Shown: one piece after another, positions 50,214 to 62,444 of the stretch | Position numbering within the stretch: the first letter of the stretch is position 1 | How the letters are laid out: each line of letters opens with the position of its first letter | Assembly: GCA_034780895.1 (NCBI GenBank) | Contig: JAUZTB010000127.1 | Span: 49,942,697-50,006,696, forward strand | Length of the DNA stretch: 64,000 nucleotides | Reading direction: 5' to 3' | Source of the DNA: Rhynchobatus australiae | Lineage: Eukaryota | Notes under the pieces: model-generated | Seen by the model: the letters and a program-made list of their open reading frames with translations, nothing else | Told to the model about the DNA's origin: nothing | Databases searched by the model: none | Made by a program: the position numbers and the translations under genes

Positions 50214-53200
50214 ATGGAGATAAAACTGGCATCTCTAAACGTACTCAATGTGAAGAGCACTGTGTAATGTGTTAATGCCTTGCAATACCTTGCCAAGATC
50301 AAGGGGGATGTGACTCTTCTACAGGAAGATGGGCTGCCACACCTCCACGACTATCAGAGGTAGTCGCGATGGTGGTCCCAGGAATTGTCTACAAAGTCGG
50401 GGGGGGCAATGATAATTGCGCTTCCAGCCTGGGGATTCTGCTGTGGGGAGGCAACTTCTCAATCACTAAAGTCAAAGTGGTAAGTGGGTGGCTCCTTGTG
50501 GCAGATGTAGAGTACTGTAACACTCCATTATGGCTAATCAATGTGTACGCCTCGTCCATGCTGAGTAAGCTGGTTGTACTCCAGCAGCTCCCACCACTGC
50601 TGACAACGTTTCTACCAGTTGTTCTGGCCGGTAACTTCAACTGCATTAAGTGATGAGGCTGGACAACTGTGCAATGCCGACAGGAGACTGAACAGCAACT
50701 CCAACCTCCTGATGGAAACGGTTAAAGATGCAAAGTTGTGCAATGCCTTCAGCACCCGTGCAACACACTTGAACTGGACCAGGCAGCTCAGTACGATCCC
50801 AGATAATTTCCTGTGTTGAAGTCAGTCACAGTCAGTTCCACCGATGTCACGCCAGTGTTCTTCTCTGACCACTTCTTCCTTTGAGCCTGCAGGAGGACAA
50901 ACGGCAAGCAGGGGAACATGAAAGTTGAATATCAAGCTGCTGACCATCGAAGAACTAAAGAGAGATTACACAGGTTGGAGAACCATGAAGCCACTCTGAC
51001 TCTCTGATTCACTAGTGGGAAGCAGCAAAGGAGAACTTCAAGGAGGTTTTTCCATCCTCAAAGGTGTTCAGAAAGTAAGGCAGAGTCAGAGGGAATTCAG
51101 CGGACTTCAGACAAACTTGCAGCAACTTTTCCTTTGCAGTCGAGGGGGGACAATGTGGGAGAGAAACTCCATGCAGTGAAGAAGCGGCAAGCTGCGCTCT
51201 TTGCCTCTGAATCCTCCGAGATCATCTTCAGATCCAGAATCTTATTTGTGGAGCAGGATGAGACGTTGTAGTGAGAAATCCACATGGCTGTCACGTGACA
51301 GTAACAACACTGAGCCCACTGGTCAGAGGACAGCATTGCTTCTCGGATCAGAAGTGATACTACTGTCAATCAAGGTGCAGCTCCACCCACCCCTCAGGTG
51401 TGAGAGTACCCTTTGTCTCTGAACTTGCCTGACCATTGGCTGTGGCAGGCACCTTTGTCCTTGACCCCCAAACCACTGGCCCATGTAANNNNNNNNNNNN
51501 NNNNNNNNNNNNNNNNNNNNNNNNNNNNNNNNNNNNNNNNNNNNNNNNNNNNNNNNNNNNNNNNNNNNNNNNNNNNNNNNNNNNNNNNTGAGGATCTGTA
51601 TGACAGAAAGACTAGAGACAGCACAACCTACCAGAACTTCCTTTCCTCTATCACAGAGGTGTTAGATGATAACAAGCAGGAGAGTCTGGATCAGCCACTG
51701 ACCTTGAAGGAGCTGACTGGCTCCATCCACTCCCTTGGCATGAATAAAACTCATGGAAGTGACAGGTTACTGGCGGAGTTATACTTGGCTCTGTGGGACT
51801 GGATGGGCCTGGACCTTCTGGAAGTGTACAACCCTATGCTTCTGGCTGGCAGCATGTTAGACTCCATGAGGAAGGACATCATTACCTTCATCAACAAGAA
51901 GGGGGAGAGGGAGGACATCAGGGATTGGAGACCCATTTCACTATTGAATGTGGATTATAAGATCCTGTCTAAGGCCAGTGTCAACCAGGTCAGGTCTGTT
52001 TTGGGACAGGTGATCCACCCAGACCAAACCCGTGCTGTATCAGGCAGGAAAATCTTTGACAGCCTTGTGCTGCTCAGGAATACCATCACCTACGTGAAAG
52101 ATAGAGGGATGGATGCCTGCCTGGTCAGCTTGGACTAGAAGGCCTTTGTCAGGATATCCCACATGTACATAATGGATGCGCTCTGCAAAGATCGGTTTTG
52201 AGGAGGGAATCGGAAACTGGATCCACAGATATCCATAGTGCAGTCCAAATCAAAGGGTGGAAGATGGATTGTTTCCCCCATCAAATCNNNNNNNNNNNNN
52301 NNNNNNNCACTCTTCCCATCTTGTCTGTGTGTTACATAAAACCCTTTGCTAAATCCTTCAGGAAGGAAGAAAGCATAAGAGGGGTGATAATGCCAGGCAG
52401 TGGAAGCCCACAAGTCAAAACCTACCCACACATGGACGATGTCACCGTCCTCTGCTTGGATCCACAGTCAGTTCACAGATTGATTCACATCTGCGACCAG
52501 TTTGAATTGGCATTGGGGGCCAGCGTCAACTGCAGTAAGTGTGAGGCTCTGTTCTTCGACAACTGGCCCGACTGATCCAACATCCCCTTCACCATCAGGT
52601 CTGACTACCTGAAGGTGCTGGGGATCTGGTTCAGAGTGACTGAGGCATGTAACAAAAATTGGCTGGAGTGGATCGGGAAGGTAAAACAAAAATTGGGTCT
52701 GTGGAAATAGCATTCTCTGTCGATAACTGGGAAGAATTTGATCATCAGGTGCAATATGCTCTCAGGGCTGCTGTTCTTAGCCTAAGTGTGGCCTGTCCTC
52801 CACTCCTCTGCCTCCATAATCAGTCAGGACATCTTCCAGTTTATCTGGGGGGGGTCTCCAAGATGGTGCAAATCTGACAGATCACGATGCACAAGTCCCC
52901 AGAGAATGGGGACAAGAGTGTACCCAACGTTGCCCTCATCCTGATGACCACCTTCATGTGTGGCTGTATAAGGCGGTAGGTGGATCCAAAATATGCAAGT
53001 GTCACTAATGTNNNNNNNNNNNNNNNNNNNNNNNNNNNNNNNNNNNNNNNNNNNNNNNNNNNNNNNNNNNNNNNNNNNNNNNNNNNNNNNNNNNNNNNNN
53101 NNNNNNNNNNNAAATATGCAAGTGTCACTAATGTGCTGAGGTTCTACCTGTCCCTGGTATTGAAAAGGACAGGTCTGGCCCCGTTACAAGGCAAACTCCC

Positions 53201-53870
53201 AGTCAGCTGGACGTTGCTGCACTACATGTCCTTTGTGGAAGAGTTCTTCCAAGTAAACACCTTTGACCACACGTTCATCAGGCAGTGGTCAACATGGAAC
53301 CTTCTCCAGGTACTGCAGGATGGGGACTCTATGGAGACTGTGGGGTGGTTCCCTGAGCAAACTGTCCAAACCATCTGGCACAACGCCTCATCACCAGATC
53401 TCACCAACAAGTACTAAGACCTTGCTTGGCTGGTGGTGAGAGAGGCCCTCACAGTTAGATCCTTTCTGTACAGATGATATATTATCCCTCATGCATGTTG
53501 CCCCTGGGATGGCTGTGGTTGGGAAGAGACAGTCACCCACATCTTTGCATGCTGTGCATTTACTAGGAGGGTGCAAGGGTCTGTGTCCTGGTTCATCCCA
53601 AGCAAATGCATAACAGAGGACTCTCTGATCTACGAGCTGTTCCCAGGATCACACACTGAGACAGACATCAAGTGCCGCTGGAAAGTCATCAACTTGGTGA
53701 AAGACAGCCTTTGGTCTGCCCAAAACTTATTGGTCTTCCAGTACAGCAAGATGTTTATAAGGGAGTGCTGCCGACTGGCATGTTTCAGGATACAGAAGTA
53801 CATGCTGAGGGATGCATTGAAGCATGGTGCAACCAATGCTAAGGCTCTGTGGGGAAGGACCACAGTCTAA
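50214..53870 (+). pseudogene. Tx1 ORF2 (APE endonuclease-RT) with multiple stops and frameshifts
   Basis: MEIKLASLNV..LLQE; LINVYA; VLAGNFNC; FFSDH; DWRPISLLNVDYKILSK; HMDDVTV; C-terminal ..ALWGRTTV*. Confidence 0.88.
51267..51487 (+). mobile_element. LTR nested in Tx1 ORF2 (same family as 21232-21980); 3' end lost in a gap
   Basis: Starts TGTAGTGAGA just after Tx1 codons EQDET; shares AACAACACTGA, CAGAAG.GA..ACTGTCAATCA, GCTCCACCCACCC and CACCTTTGTCCTTGACC with the solo LTR. Confidence 0.8.
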
Positions 53871-54559
53871 GCTCCTTCCATTACCACACATGAAAGGGAA
53901 TTCTCTGTGTCTTCCGATACGCTCTCTTGGGCCAGAGATGAGGGTCTTACACTTTTTCCAGCAGGCTTCAAGAATACTCTTGGTGTTCCCTTTGCCTTCT
54001 TGGCAGTTTCTTGCTGTGGCACAGAACGAGAGCATGCACAAATGAGACAATGATCTTTGAGGACAGGCATTGAACCCATTGAAAGCTATAGTTTTCAAGG
54101 CTAACTTCTTGGAAATTCACAAAATTGTATTTCCTCATACACCTCATTAGGCTGAATAGCATTGGCTGTGGTCAGTCTAGTAAGTTCTGGTTGGCATATC
54201 TTTCATTTCAGTTTCAACACTACTGTTTTTAATTATTTTTTTTAAACTTCCTCATAATTTAGATTATTTGCAGGAATTTTAATCATTTTGAAGCTCTACG
54301 AATATCAGGAACTCTCTCTGTTCACCAATGAAGCAGATTACAACTGTTCCGGCATCATGAACTGCTCACATACATATCATATCCCTGTCCCATGAATATC
54401 AAAAAGGTCATTAGAAACTATGGTTAAAAAGGCTCTTCAAGTTCAAGACTTGAAGACAAAGTTCTGCCTCCTATCAAAAGCTATCAGCATTCTGGAGCTG
54501 CAGTCTCAAATTAAGTTGCCCAAGACTACTCACCACAGGAGTTTTGCCCCATTTTGTCA

Positions 54560-54675
54560 GCTTTGCTCATCGCTGTATTTATTATTACAATGAATGTTTG
54601 CTCTGTGAGATTCATGCGAGCAAGGAACTTCATTGCACCCTGGTGCATATGATAATAAACTAATCTGAATCTGAA
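54560..54675 (+). mobile_element. Rex1/Babar-type 3' tail fragment
   Basis: AAGGAACTTCATTGCACCCTGGTGCATATGATAATAAACTAATCTGAATCTGAA, ending in a short repeat. Confidence 0.5.
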
Positions 54676-57600
54676 CACCTCACAAATACAGAGGGCCAGT
54701 TCTGTCCATCTTTTGCATTGACTCAGGTATGAGAGAGCACCTGGCCAAACCCAACTCCACCTGGCCCAATAATTTTCAACACTTCCAGTGATTCTTTGCC
54801 TTCTTACACCCAAAAAAATGTAATATTCACCTCTCTCAAGTTTTCCCTTGTTCAAATAACAACCTTGCATTATTTTTCTTTCCCCAGTTATTTCAATATT
54901 TCAGTGTGAACATTTTTTCATGGGCCATAATCCAAAAAAATTCCTTAACACGAGTGAATGATGATGATAATGATCACCAGCTGGTAATAACAGAATCTTG
55001 GTCATATACCACAAATACAGTCAAAGTGCTATAGAAAATGCCGAAAGCCATGTTGTGGTGCATTTTAATTATATTTCCATTTGTCACCAAAAGATGCAAC
55101 TTGCGACAATTTTTTAAAAATTATACCCAAATAAAATCAGACCATGACGCTTTCACAATCCCATAAGGCACAAACTGACGACAGATGCCAATCCAGAACT
55201 AAATTCTGCTTTGGTTTCATTCACATGTGCCACAGATTTTTCTCACTTATTGTTCTTTGGTATATTACTGGCACAACTATTTCTGCAGTCCATTCCTAAT
55301 CATCACTTGCAAGGCCCCTCAGAGAGAAGAATCAATCTCATGGTTTGTCCACAGTTGCACATGCACCAGAGAGATTTCTTTCCCTGAATGATATTAGTAA
55401 ACTACATTAGCTTTTGCACCAGATACACTATGTCACCTCATGGCCACTATTATCAATAGTAGCTTTTCATTTCAAACAAACATTTATCTAAAGTATAGAT
55501 ATAAAAGTTTAATCTTCTGGATTCCATTTTAATCAAATTGGGGACAAAAGTAAAGCAAAAAACTGTCTTCCATTTTCTTTCAATAGTATTGCATCTGTTT
55601 GACTAAGCTAGGCAGAAAGAGGTAACTGATCACATGATAAAACCATCACAAATAAGATCTAACCAGAGTTGGCAACTACAACCTTCGTTGTTTAAAAAAA
55701 AGTCAACACAAAAAATAATAGTGTGCTTATTCCTCAGCAATTTCTGACAATATTTTTAATGAGGAAATTGCTATGTGTAGCTTGGCAATGAAATATATTA
55801 AAAGACAATAAAGCACAATCAGCATTATAGCTATTCAGTATCATCTCTCGGTAGAGGTTTTTCCTCAGATCTGGGCTACCATAGCATGAAACCTTCCTGG
55901 TGACAAGATATACTTCAACTTTTGAGACCATATAATTTGAAATGCAAACAGCTACAAGTTCTTGAGAGTTGTGCCAACATATGTATACGTTTCCTCGTTG
56001 ACTGTTTTCCTTTATGTGTACCATAAACATCTAATCGTGCACATTAAATAAAGGTCTTCTCTGATAATATTGCTCTCTAANNNNNNNNNNNNNNNNNNNN
56101 NNNNNNNNNNNNNNNNNNNNNNNNNNNNNNNNNNNNNNNNNNNNNNNNNNNNNNNNNNNNNNNNNNNNNNNNNNNNNNNNNNNNNNNNNNNNNNNNNNNN
56201 NNNNNNNNNNNNNNNNNNNNNNNNNNNNNNNNNNNNNNNNNNNNNNNNNNNNNNNNNNNNNNNNNNNNNNNNNNNNNNNNNNNNNNTCAATCAAGTTTAG
56301 TTTTACCTGGCTCCGATGCAAATGAATACACTTCAAAAGTTCTTCCGTTAAGAATCCAAGAAAATCTAATAGTGGGGTTAAATTATGAAGGATATATTGC
56401 TTCTCTTGTAACTAGCCGATTTCATGAACATTTTCCACAGATTTTATTGAACACAAATCAAAGTGGCTGACATTTGTGATTGCACTGGTGATAACTAATT
56501 CACATTGCTCCAAGTTTTCTGAAACTGAACAAAGGCATCCTTAATGAAGTTCCCATTTTGTGTTAGCTTTCAATGATTCTTACCCAAGTAGGAGTACCAG
56601 CCCTACTAATGAGACTTGAACATAAAGCACGATTCCTAGAACAGGCAATCCCCCACATTACAGCAGTTCAAGTAAGAGAAATCCACCCTTACGGAATTCA
56701 CAAATCACTACCAAAAAGTCTGGGATACAGATTAAATTTTGTAAGTGTATTTTTAAATGGAAAAATGTAAAAAAAATCAAAATTATTCTTTGCAACTCAC
56801 ATTTCTTGACACATGTGCAAATGACACTGNNNNNNNNNNNNNNNNNNNNNNNNNNNNNNNNNNNNNNNNNNNNNNNNNNNNNNNNNNNNNNNNCCCCCCC
56901 CACCATGCAGAGGTTTCCATTGGTGAGTCAGTTATCACTTACCAGGTGCAACTAACAGAAGTTTCTGCAAATGGGCAAAATCACTACATAATTCACAAAA
57001 TGCCAATTTATTCAAAAAATATAATCTTGTTTTCATTCCACTTTATGGATGTTTCTCAGAGATAAATGACTATAAACCTACTGCAGGGTATGCCTTCAAC
57101 CAAGTTACTTGAGATAATTAGAAGCAACTAACACAAATTTGACAAAAGGTTGCCATGGTAAGAGTTTGAGGTGATGCAGTGTGGGAAATGCCATGGGTGA
57201 ATAGGAAGTGCCATAGATGCCACATACAATAAAACTCTGAAAATCCATATATGACTACTCAGAAACCCTGATGGTTCAGCATCTGGTTCACCAGGTACTG
57301 TTTGCTCCCTGCTAACCCACAGGGGCTGTGGTTCCCCTACTCCTTGCCAGCTCCCCAGGGCCACATTTCCTGCACTTTCTTTAAAATTTACCAGATTCAC
57401 CAGAAAATTTATTACAACATTGTGTAATATCACAAACATATGTTTTGGGACATTGGGGCATGAATAGGGTTAACATCCAATATTCAAGAAAATCTGCCAA
57501 ACCTGAGGGCTGGATTAGAGTTTGGATATAGAAAGCAAATCTATATTAAAGTTTAAAAAAGGATTATTAAAGAAATTAAGGGGAGGAATAATAATTTCTA

Positions 57601-58469
57601 CAAGAATAAAAGGAAGCAGAATAGATGTAAAGAATGCTGATTGATCTGTTTGTAAACAGGGAGAAATGTCTGGGATCAGTTCACTGATACAGAGCTAGTG
57701 GCAGAATATCCAGATTAACAAACCATACCATAATAGGAGGCATAGTAAATAATTCTGACGATCCAAGTCAAATGATGATGATGATGGCCAAAAAAGTCAA
57801 TTAACACTGAATGAGAGGTGGCACATTGTGATCAGAAAATTTACATACTTGGAATAGAGAACAGCTGAATAAAATGGAAAAACATATTTTGAACAAGTTA
57901 ACAAGACATCTATATCTCAAGTGAGTAAAACTATAATCTAACAGAATACCAGGTTCTTTTTTGAGTGAAGACATAGAATATAAAAGCAGAGGTGATAATG
58001 CTATATAAACTTTAGTAAGAACGCACTTTGAGTAGCACGTCCACTACTGAATACCAGAAAGACACTTTCTGGTGTAAAGAATTACAAATTCTTACTAAAT
58101 GCAAAAAGTAATATTTTTAATTAAAACGGGCAATTAAGCATTATTTAGTAGAGTTTTGCAAAGGAACAAAAATAGGGAAGAGGGTATTCAGCCAGTCAAT
58201 CTTGCTTTGCCATATCATTATGTCATTATTGATCTACTGTAGAATAACAATCCCCTTTTACACATCTTTGTTCCATTTCCCTTCATCTTAAAGTTTACAT
58301 TCTTATTTTCAAACCCTTTATAGCCCTTCCTGGCCCTAATTTGTTACCTCTACAAGCTTTCCCAGGATATCTGTGCTCCTAACATTCTGCCACATTATTT
58401 TCTATGCTGTATCATTGAAAGCCATGCCTTCACTGCCCAAACCTGAACATCTTTTGATCTAAAATCCAA

Positions 58470-59880
58470 GATGAACAGGGTGAACTGTCTCAATGACTAT
58501 TGCAGTTAGCACTCACATCTACTGCACTGAAATGCTTCAAGAGGTTGGTTACGGCTAGAATTAGGCCCGAGAAAGGACCTGGACCCAGTGCAATTCAGCT
58601 ACTGCCACAACAAGTGCAATCTCACTGGCTCTCCACTCTGCTCTGCAGCATCTAGACAACCACAAGACGTATTTCAGGCTACTGTTTATCAATTACAGCT
58701 CGGTGTTCAAAACCATCATCACTAATAACCAAGCTTTAAAACCTGGGCCTCTGTACCTGGATCCTTGACTTCTTTATTGGGAGACCAATCAATGGGAATC
58801 AGTAATAACATCTCCTCCTCTCTATCAACACCTCAACGATGCGTGCTCAGCCCACTGCTCTACTCTCTCTACACTCATGACTCTGGCTAAGCACAGCTCA
58901 AATGTCATCTATAAATTCATTGATGACACCACTGTTGTTGGTAGAATCTCAGATATGGATGAGGAGGCTTACAGGAGTGAGATAGATCAACTGGTTGAGT
59001 GGTGTCACAACAACAACCTCATACTCAACAAGAGCAGTCAGCATGGTGTTGTTAAGGGAAGGTCATGTCAAACTGAATTAATTGAATTTTTTTACGAAAG
59101 AAGATTTAAATTTTCATACTCAACAAGACCAAGGAACTGACTGTGGACTTTAGGAAGGGGAAGTCGGGAGAAAACACAACAGCCCTTATTGAGGGGTCAG
59201 TGGTGGACAGGGTGAGCAGCTTCAAGTTCCTGGGTGTCGACATCTCAGAGGATCTATCCTGGGCCCAAAACACTGATGTAATCATGAAAAAGGCACACCA
59301 ACAGCTCTACTTTGTTAGGAGCTTGAAGAGATTTGGTGTGTCATCAAGGACTCTTACAAATTTCTATGGCTGTATGATGAAGAGCATTCTGACTGGTTGC
59401 ATCATAGCCTGGTGTAACCAGCTCCATCAAGGCACAACACTCCCCTCCACTGAGGACATCTTCAAGAGGTGGTGCCTCAAGAAAGCAGCATCTATCATTA
59501 AGTACCCTCACCATCCAGGATATGTCCTCTTCTCATTACTACCATCAGGGAGGAGGTACTGGAGCCGGAAAAGCAATTCTCTATGATTCAGGAACAGCTT
59601 CTTCCCCTCCACCATCAGATTTCTGAGCGATCAATGAACATTACCTCATTATTCCTTTTTTTTTCACTATTTATATTTGTAATTTATAGATTTTTGCCTT
59701 TCCACTGTACTGNNNNNNNNNNNNNNNNNNNNNNNNNNNNNNNNNNNNNNNNNNNNNNNNNNNNNNNNNNNNNNNNNNNNNNNNNNNNNNNNNNNNNNNN
59801 NNNNNNNNNNNNATCAGAGACAATTACCACATTAAACAATAAATTTCACGTCATATGTCAGTGATAACATAACTCATTCT
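58470..59880 (+). mobile_element. Rex1/Babar-clade LINE, RT domain to 3' UTR, decayed
   Basis: CLNDY..ALTST..KCFKRL; RLLFINYSSVFKTII; KFIDDTTVVGRISD..EEAYRSEIDQLVEWC; DFRK..FKFLGV..LSW (DUF1891-like); HHPGY.LFSLLPSGRRY. Confidence 0.88.
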
Positions 59881-59989
59881 GAATAATACCTCCTTGGAGT
59901 CTCCTTTTGCCCCTTTTTCACTTGGGTACAATGCATGTGCTCAGGACTTAACACTGAATTTAACAATTCAGATTACCATGCAGTTTTTT

Positions 59990-60010
59990 CCTCTCTCTCT
60001 CTCTCTCTCC
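59990..60010. repeat. (CT)n microsatellite
   Basis: CCTCTCTCTCTCTCTCTCTCC. Confidence 0.85.
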
Positions 60011-60079
60011 CCTCCACAGAAGTGGTTATACTTTTCTATTTTAATTTGTTTCTTCTTTTCTCTTTTGCCATAAACTGCC

Positions 60080-60320
60080 AGTTTTTAAAGCAATGTTCAC
60101 CTTGACAACTTTGGTCTGCACTCTATTACAGACATCCCTGTATTCTCTCGCCCTCCCCCTCTGCAACTTAAAACATTCTTGTTTTCTCACTGCCCCAGTT
60201 CTGATGAAGGGTTTTTGACCAGAAATATCCAGTTTCTCTCCCCACTGATATTGCTTAACCTGCTGAGTGTTTCCAGCACCTTTTTTGTTTCTGATTTCCA
60301 ACATGTGCAACCTTTTGCTC
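60080..60320 (+). mobile_element. Penelope pLTR/3' UTR fragment with a hammerhead-like core
   Basis: CTATTACAGACATCCC..CAGTTCTGATGAAGGGTTTTTGACCAGAAAT..ACCTGCTGAGTGTTTCCAGCA, homologous to 37545-37720. Confidence 0.75.
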
Positions 60321-61258
60321 CAGTAGCATTGCCCTTATGCAGAAAAGTCTCAAAATCAGCTGAACCACTCCAGCAAAGTGCCATTAGACATTAATAACAC
60401 AAATATAAAGTTCAAGTTTTGCAGATATAGATACCTTTGAAGAAGAAAAATCTATTGAGGTACAGAATTAAGGAATTAACAGGTCAGAGGGAAACAAACT
60501 GCTTCTGGTGATGNNNNNNNNNNNNNNNNNNNNNNNNNNNNNNNNNNNNNNNNNNNNNNNNNNNNNNNNNNNNNNNNNNNNNNNNNNNNNNNNNNNNNNN
60601 NNNNNNNNNNNNNNNNNNNNNNNNNNNNNNNNNNNNNNNNNNNNNNNNNNNNNNNNNNNNNNNNNNNNNNNNNNNNNNNNNNNNNNNNNNNNNNNNNNNN
60701 NNNNNNNNNNNNNNNNNNNNNNNNNNNNNNNNNNNNNNNNNNNNNNNNNNNNNNNNNNNNNNNNNNNNNNNNNNNNNNNNNNNNNNNNNNNAAGAAACCA
60801 CTACAAAGCACATCAGGAATTGATGTCTATCTGCTTGCCTGGATGAATATAGTTCCATCATCAGCGAAAAGTTCATTGCAGCCTGGCTTTCAACAAACAG
60901 GATCATTTTCTAGCCCATTAATTTCAGGTGGCAGCATGCCTGGAAACTCTCATGCCAGAGTAAATTGCAAGAGTTTTCATATCCACTGGAAATATCCAAA
61001 GTATGGCACCTGTAAGAGTAACAATCTCTCAGCTTTACAGAAGAAAGAATGTCAAAACTGCTGAGGTGCAGAGATGGGGTTTTAACTACCACTTTGAGAG
61101 TACCACCAACTAAGCCCAATCAATATTCATTGCATTATATGCGGTGAGGCACTCAGAATCTTACATTTAAATTTCAAAATAAATAAGGATCTGCATATCG
61201 ATCATTAAGGATGACCATTTCTACTTGTGCCGCTCGTCATACAACGAGAAACACTTAC

Positions 61259-61331
61259 AAAAAAACTGAAATGTTGAGAACGGTAGCTACTTTAGCTGCG
61301 TAATCTTCCCAATTTGGTATTTTGAAAAACA
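61259..61331 (-). other. Candidate 73-nt exon (phase 1-2), reading FFKIPNWEDYAAKVATVLNISVF
   Basis: Acceptor CATTTTTAATCTTGCAG| and donor |GTAAGTGT; only one open frame; unique, CpG-containing sequence. Confidence 0.35.
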
Positions 61332-61649
61332 CTGCAAGATTAAAAATGAGCATTATGAGTAAATACAATCTGATAGATTTAACAATGTTTACAATGCTGA
61401 ATGCCAGACTTATCTGGATGCTACAGATGGTGGCAGGAAACAATGTTGATTCCACCTGGAAATCACAAGAACCTGAAGACAGTACTCCCGGGTAACTGGC
61501 ACTAAGGAAAGCCCCTGCAGCCACCTAATCTTCCATCACATTAAAAAATGCAGTAAATTATTCATGAGAAAGGATGAAAGCTAATTGAACCCCACTAGAG
61601 CTCAAATCAGAGATCTTATTGTTTAATACAGACACACAAAAACAAAAAA

Positions 61650-61850
61650 TAAAGAACAGATAATCCTGGAAACATTCAGCAGATCAGGCAGCACCAGAGG
61701 AAGGAGAAATGAAGGTAACACTTCAGGTTTGAACCCTTTGACTCCAACCTGAAACATTACCTGTTTCTCTTAACACAAATGTTGCCCTTCTGCACATTTT
61801 CAGCATTTTGTGTTGTTATTTCACATTTCCAGCAGCTCAGTTTTTATTTA
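61650..61850. mobile_element. Palindromic Penelope pLTR-derived element
   Basis: Inner arms GGTAACACTTCAGGTT / AACCTGAAACATTACC and outer arms CTGGAAACATTCAGCAGATCAGGCAGCA / TGTTGCCCTTCTGCACATTTTCAGC. Confidence 0.65.
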
Positions 61851-62444
61851 TTTTCACATTAAAATTGAAGTCTGGTATGGTAAAAAACAATTTAATGGGG
61901 TTACCCAAAGCTAAACTAATATCTATGCCATAGTTAAATGATGTTAGTAGGCTGCTTGTTTCTGCACTGACTAACGGTTATTCAATATTAAAAAAAATGG
62001 CACCGGAGAGAGGTGAAATTTTGTTGGCAGTAGGCAGTAGAACACTTTTATATTCAAATTCTGACCTTTTAAAGCTCAAATCTACAGCCAGAAATACTGC
62101 AGTAACAAATGGATTTTTAAGCCATTTAAATGCATTAGCGATCTCGACCTTCCAGAACACAAGTACAGCACCTGGAAGTGTTGGAGAGGCCTCCACTGTG
62201 CCAGAAAACGTGGATGCAAGGGTGGCCTTCAGGTAAATCTGAAACAAATCTGAAAACCTGCCCTCCCCAGCATCCTTCTGGCCAATATACAATCACTATA
62301 CAAAGACAGCTGTATCAGAGGGATATGAGGGGCTGCAGTGTTCTCTGTTTCATAGAGAAATGGCTCATTCCCATCTCTCCAGCCCAAGGGTTTCTCCATC
62401 CACCATAGGGACCAGACAGCGGCATCAGAAAAAGGGGACCACAA

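Larger units (their letters stand above)
49560..53900 (+). mobile_element. Tx1-clade (L1 superfamily) non-LTR retrotransposon, 5'-truncated and decayed
   Basis: ORF1 C-terminal low-complexity region followed by ORF2 with APE endonuclease, RT and a C-terminal Cys/His motif; interrupted by an LTR insert and gaps. Confidence 0.88.

Noticed and set aside
61978-62292. Overlapping ORFs on both strands with an ATG context and a CAG|GTAAAT donor
   Set aside because: No recognisable protein similarity, and the segment resembles old unclassified interspersed repeats; insufficient support for a CDS.
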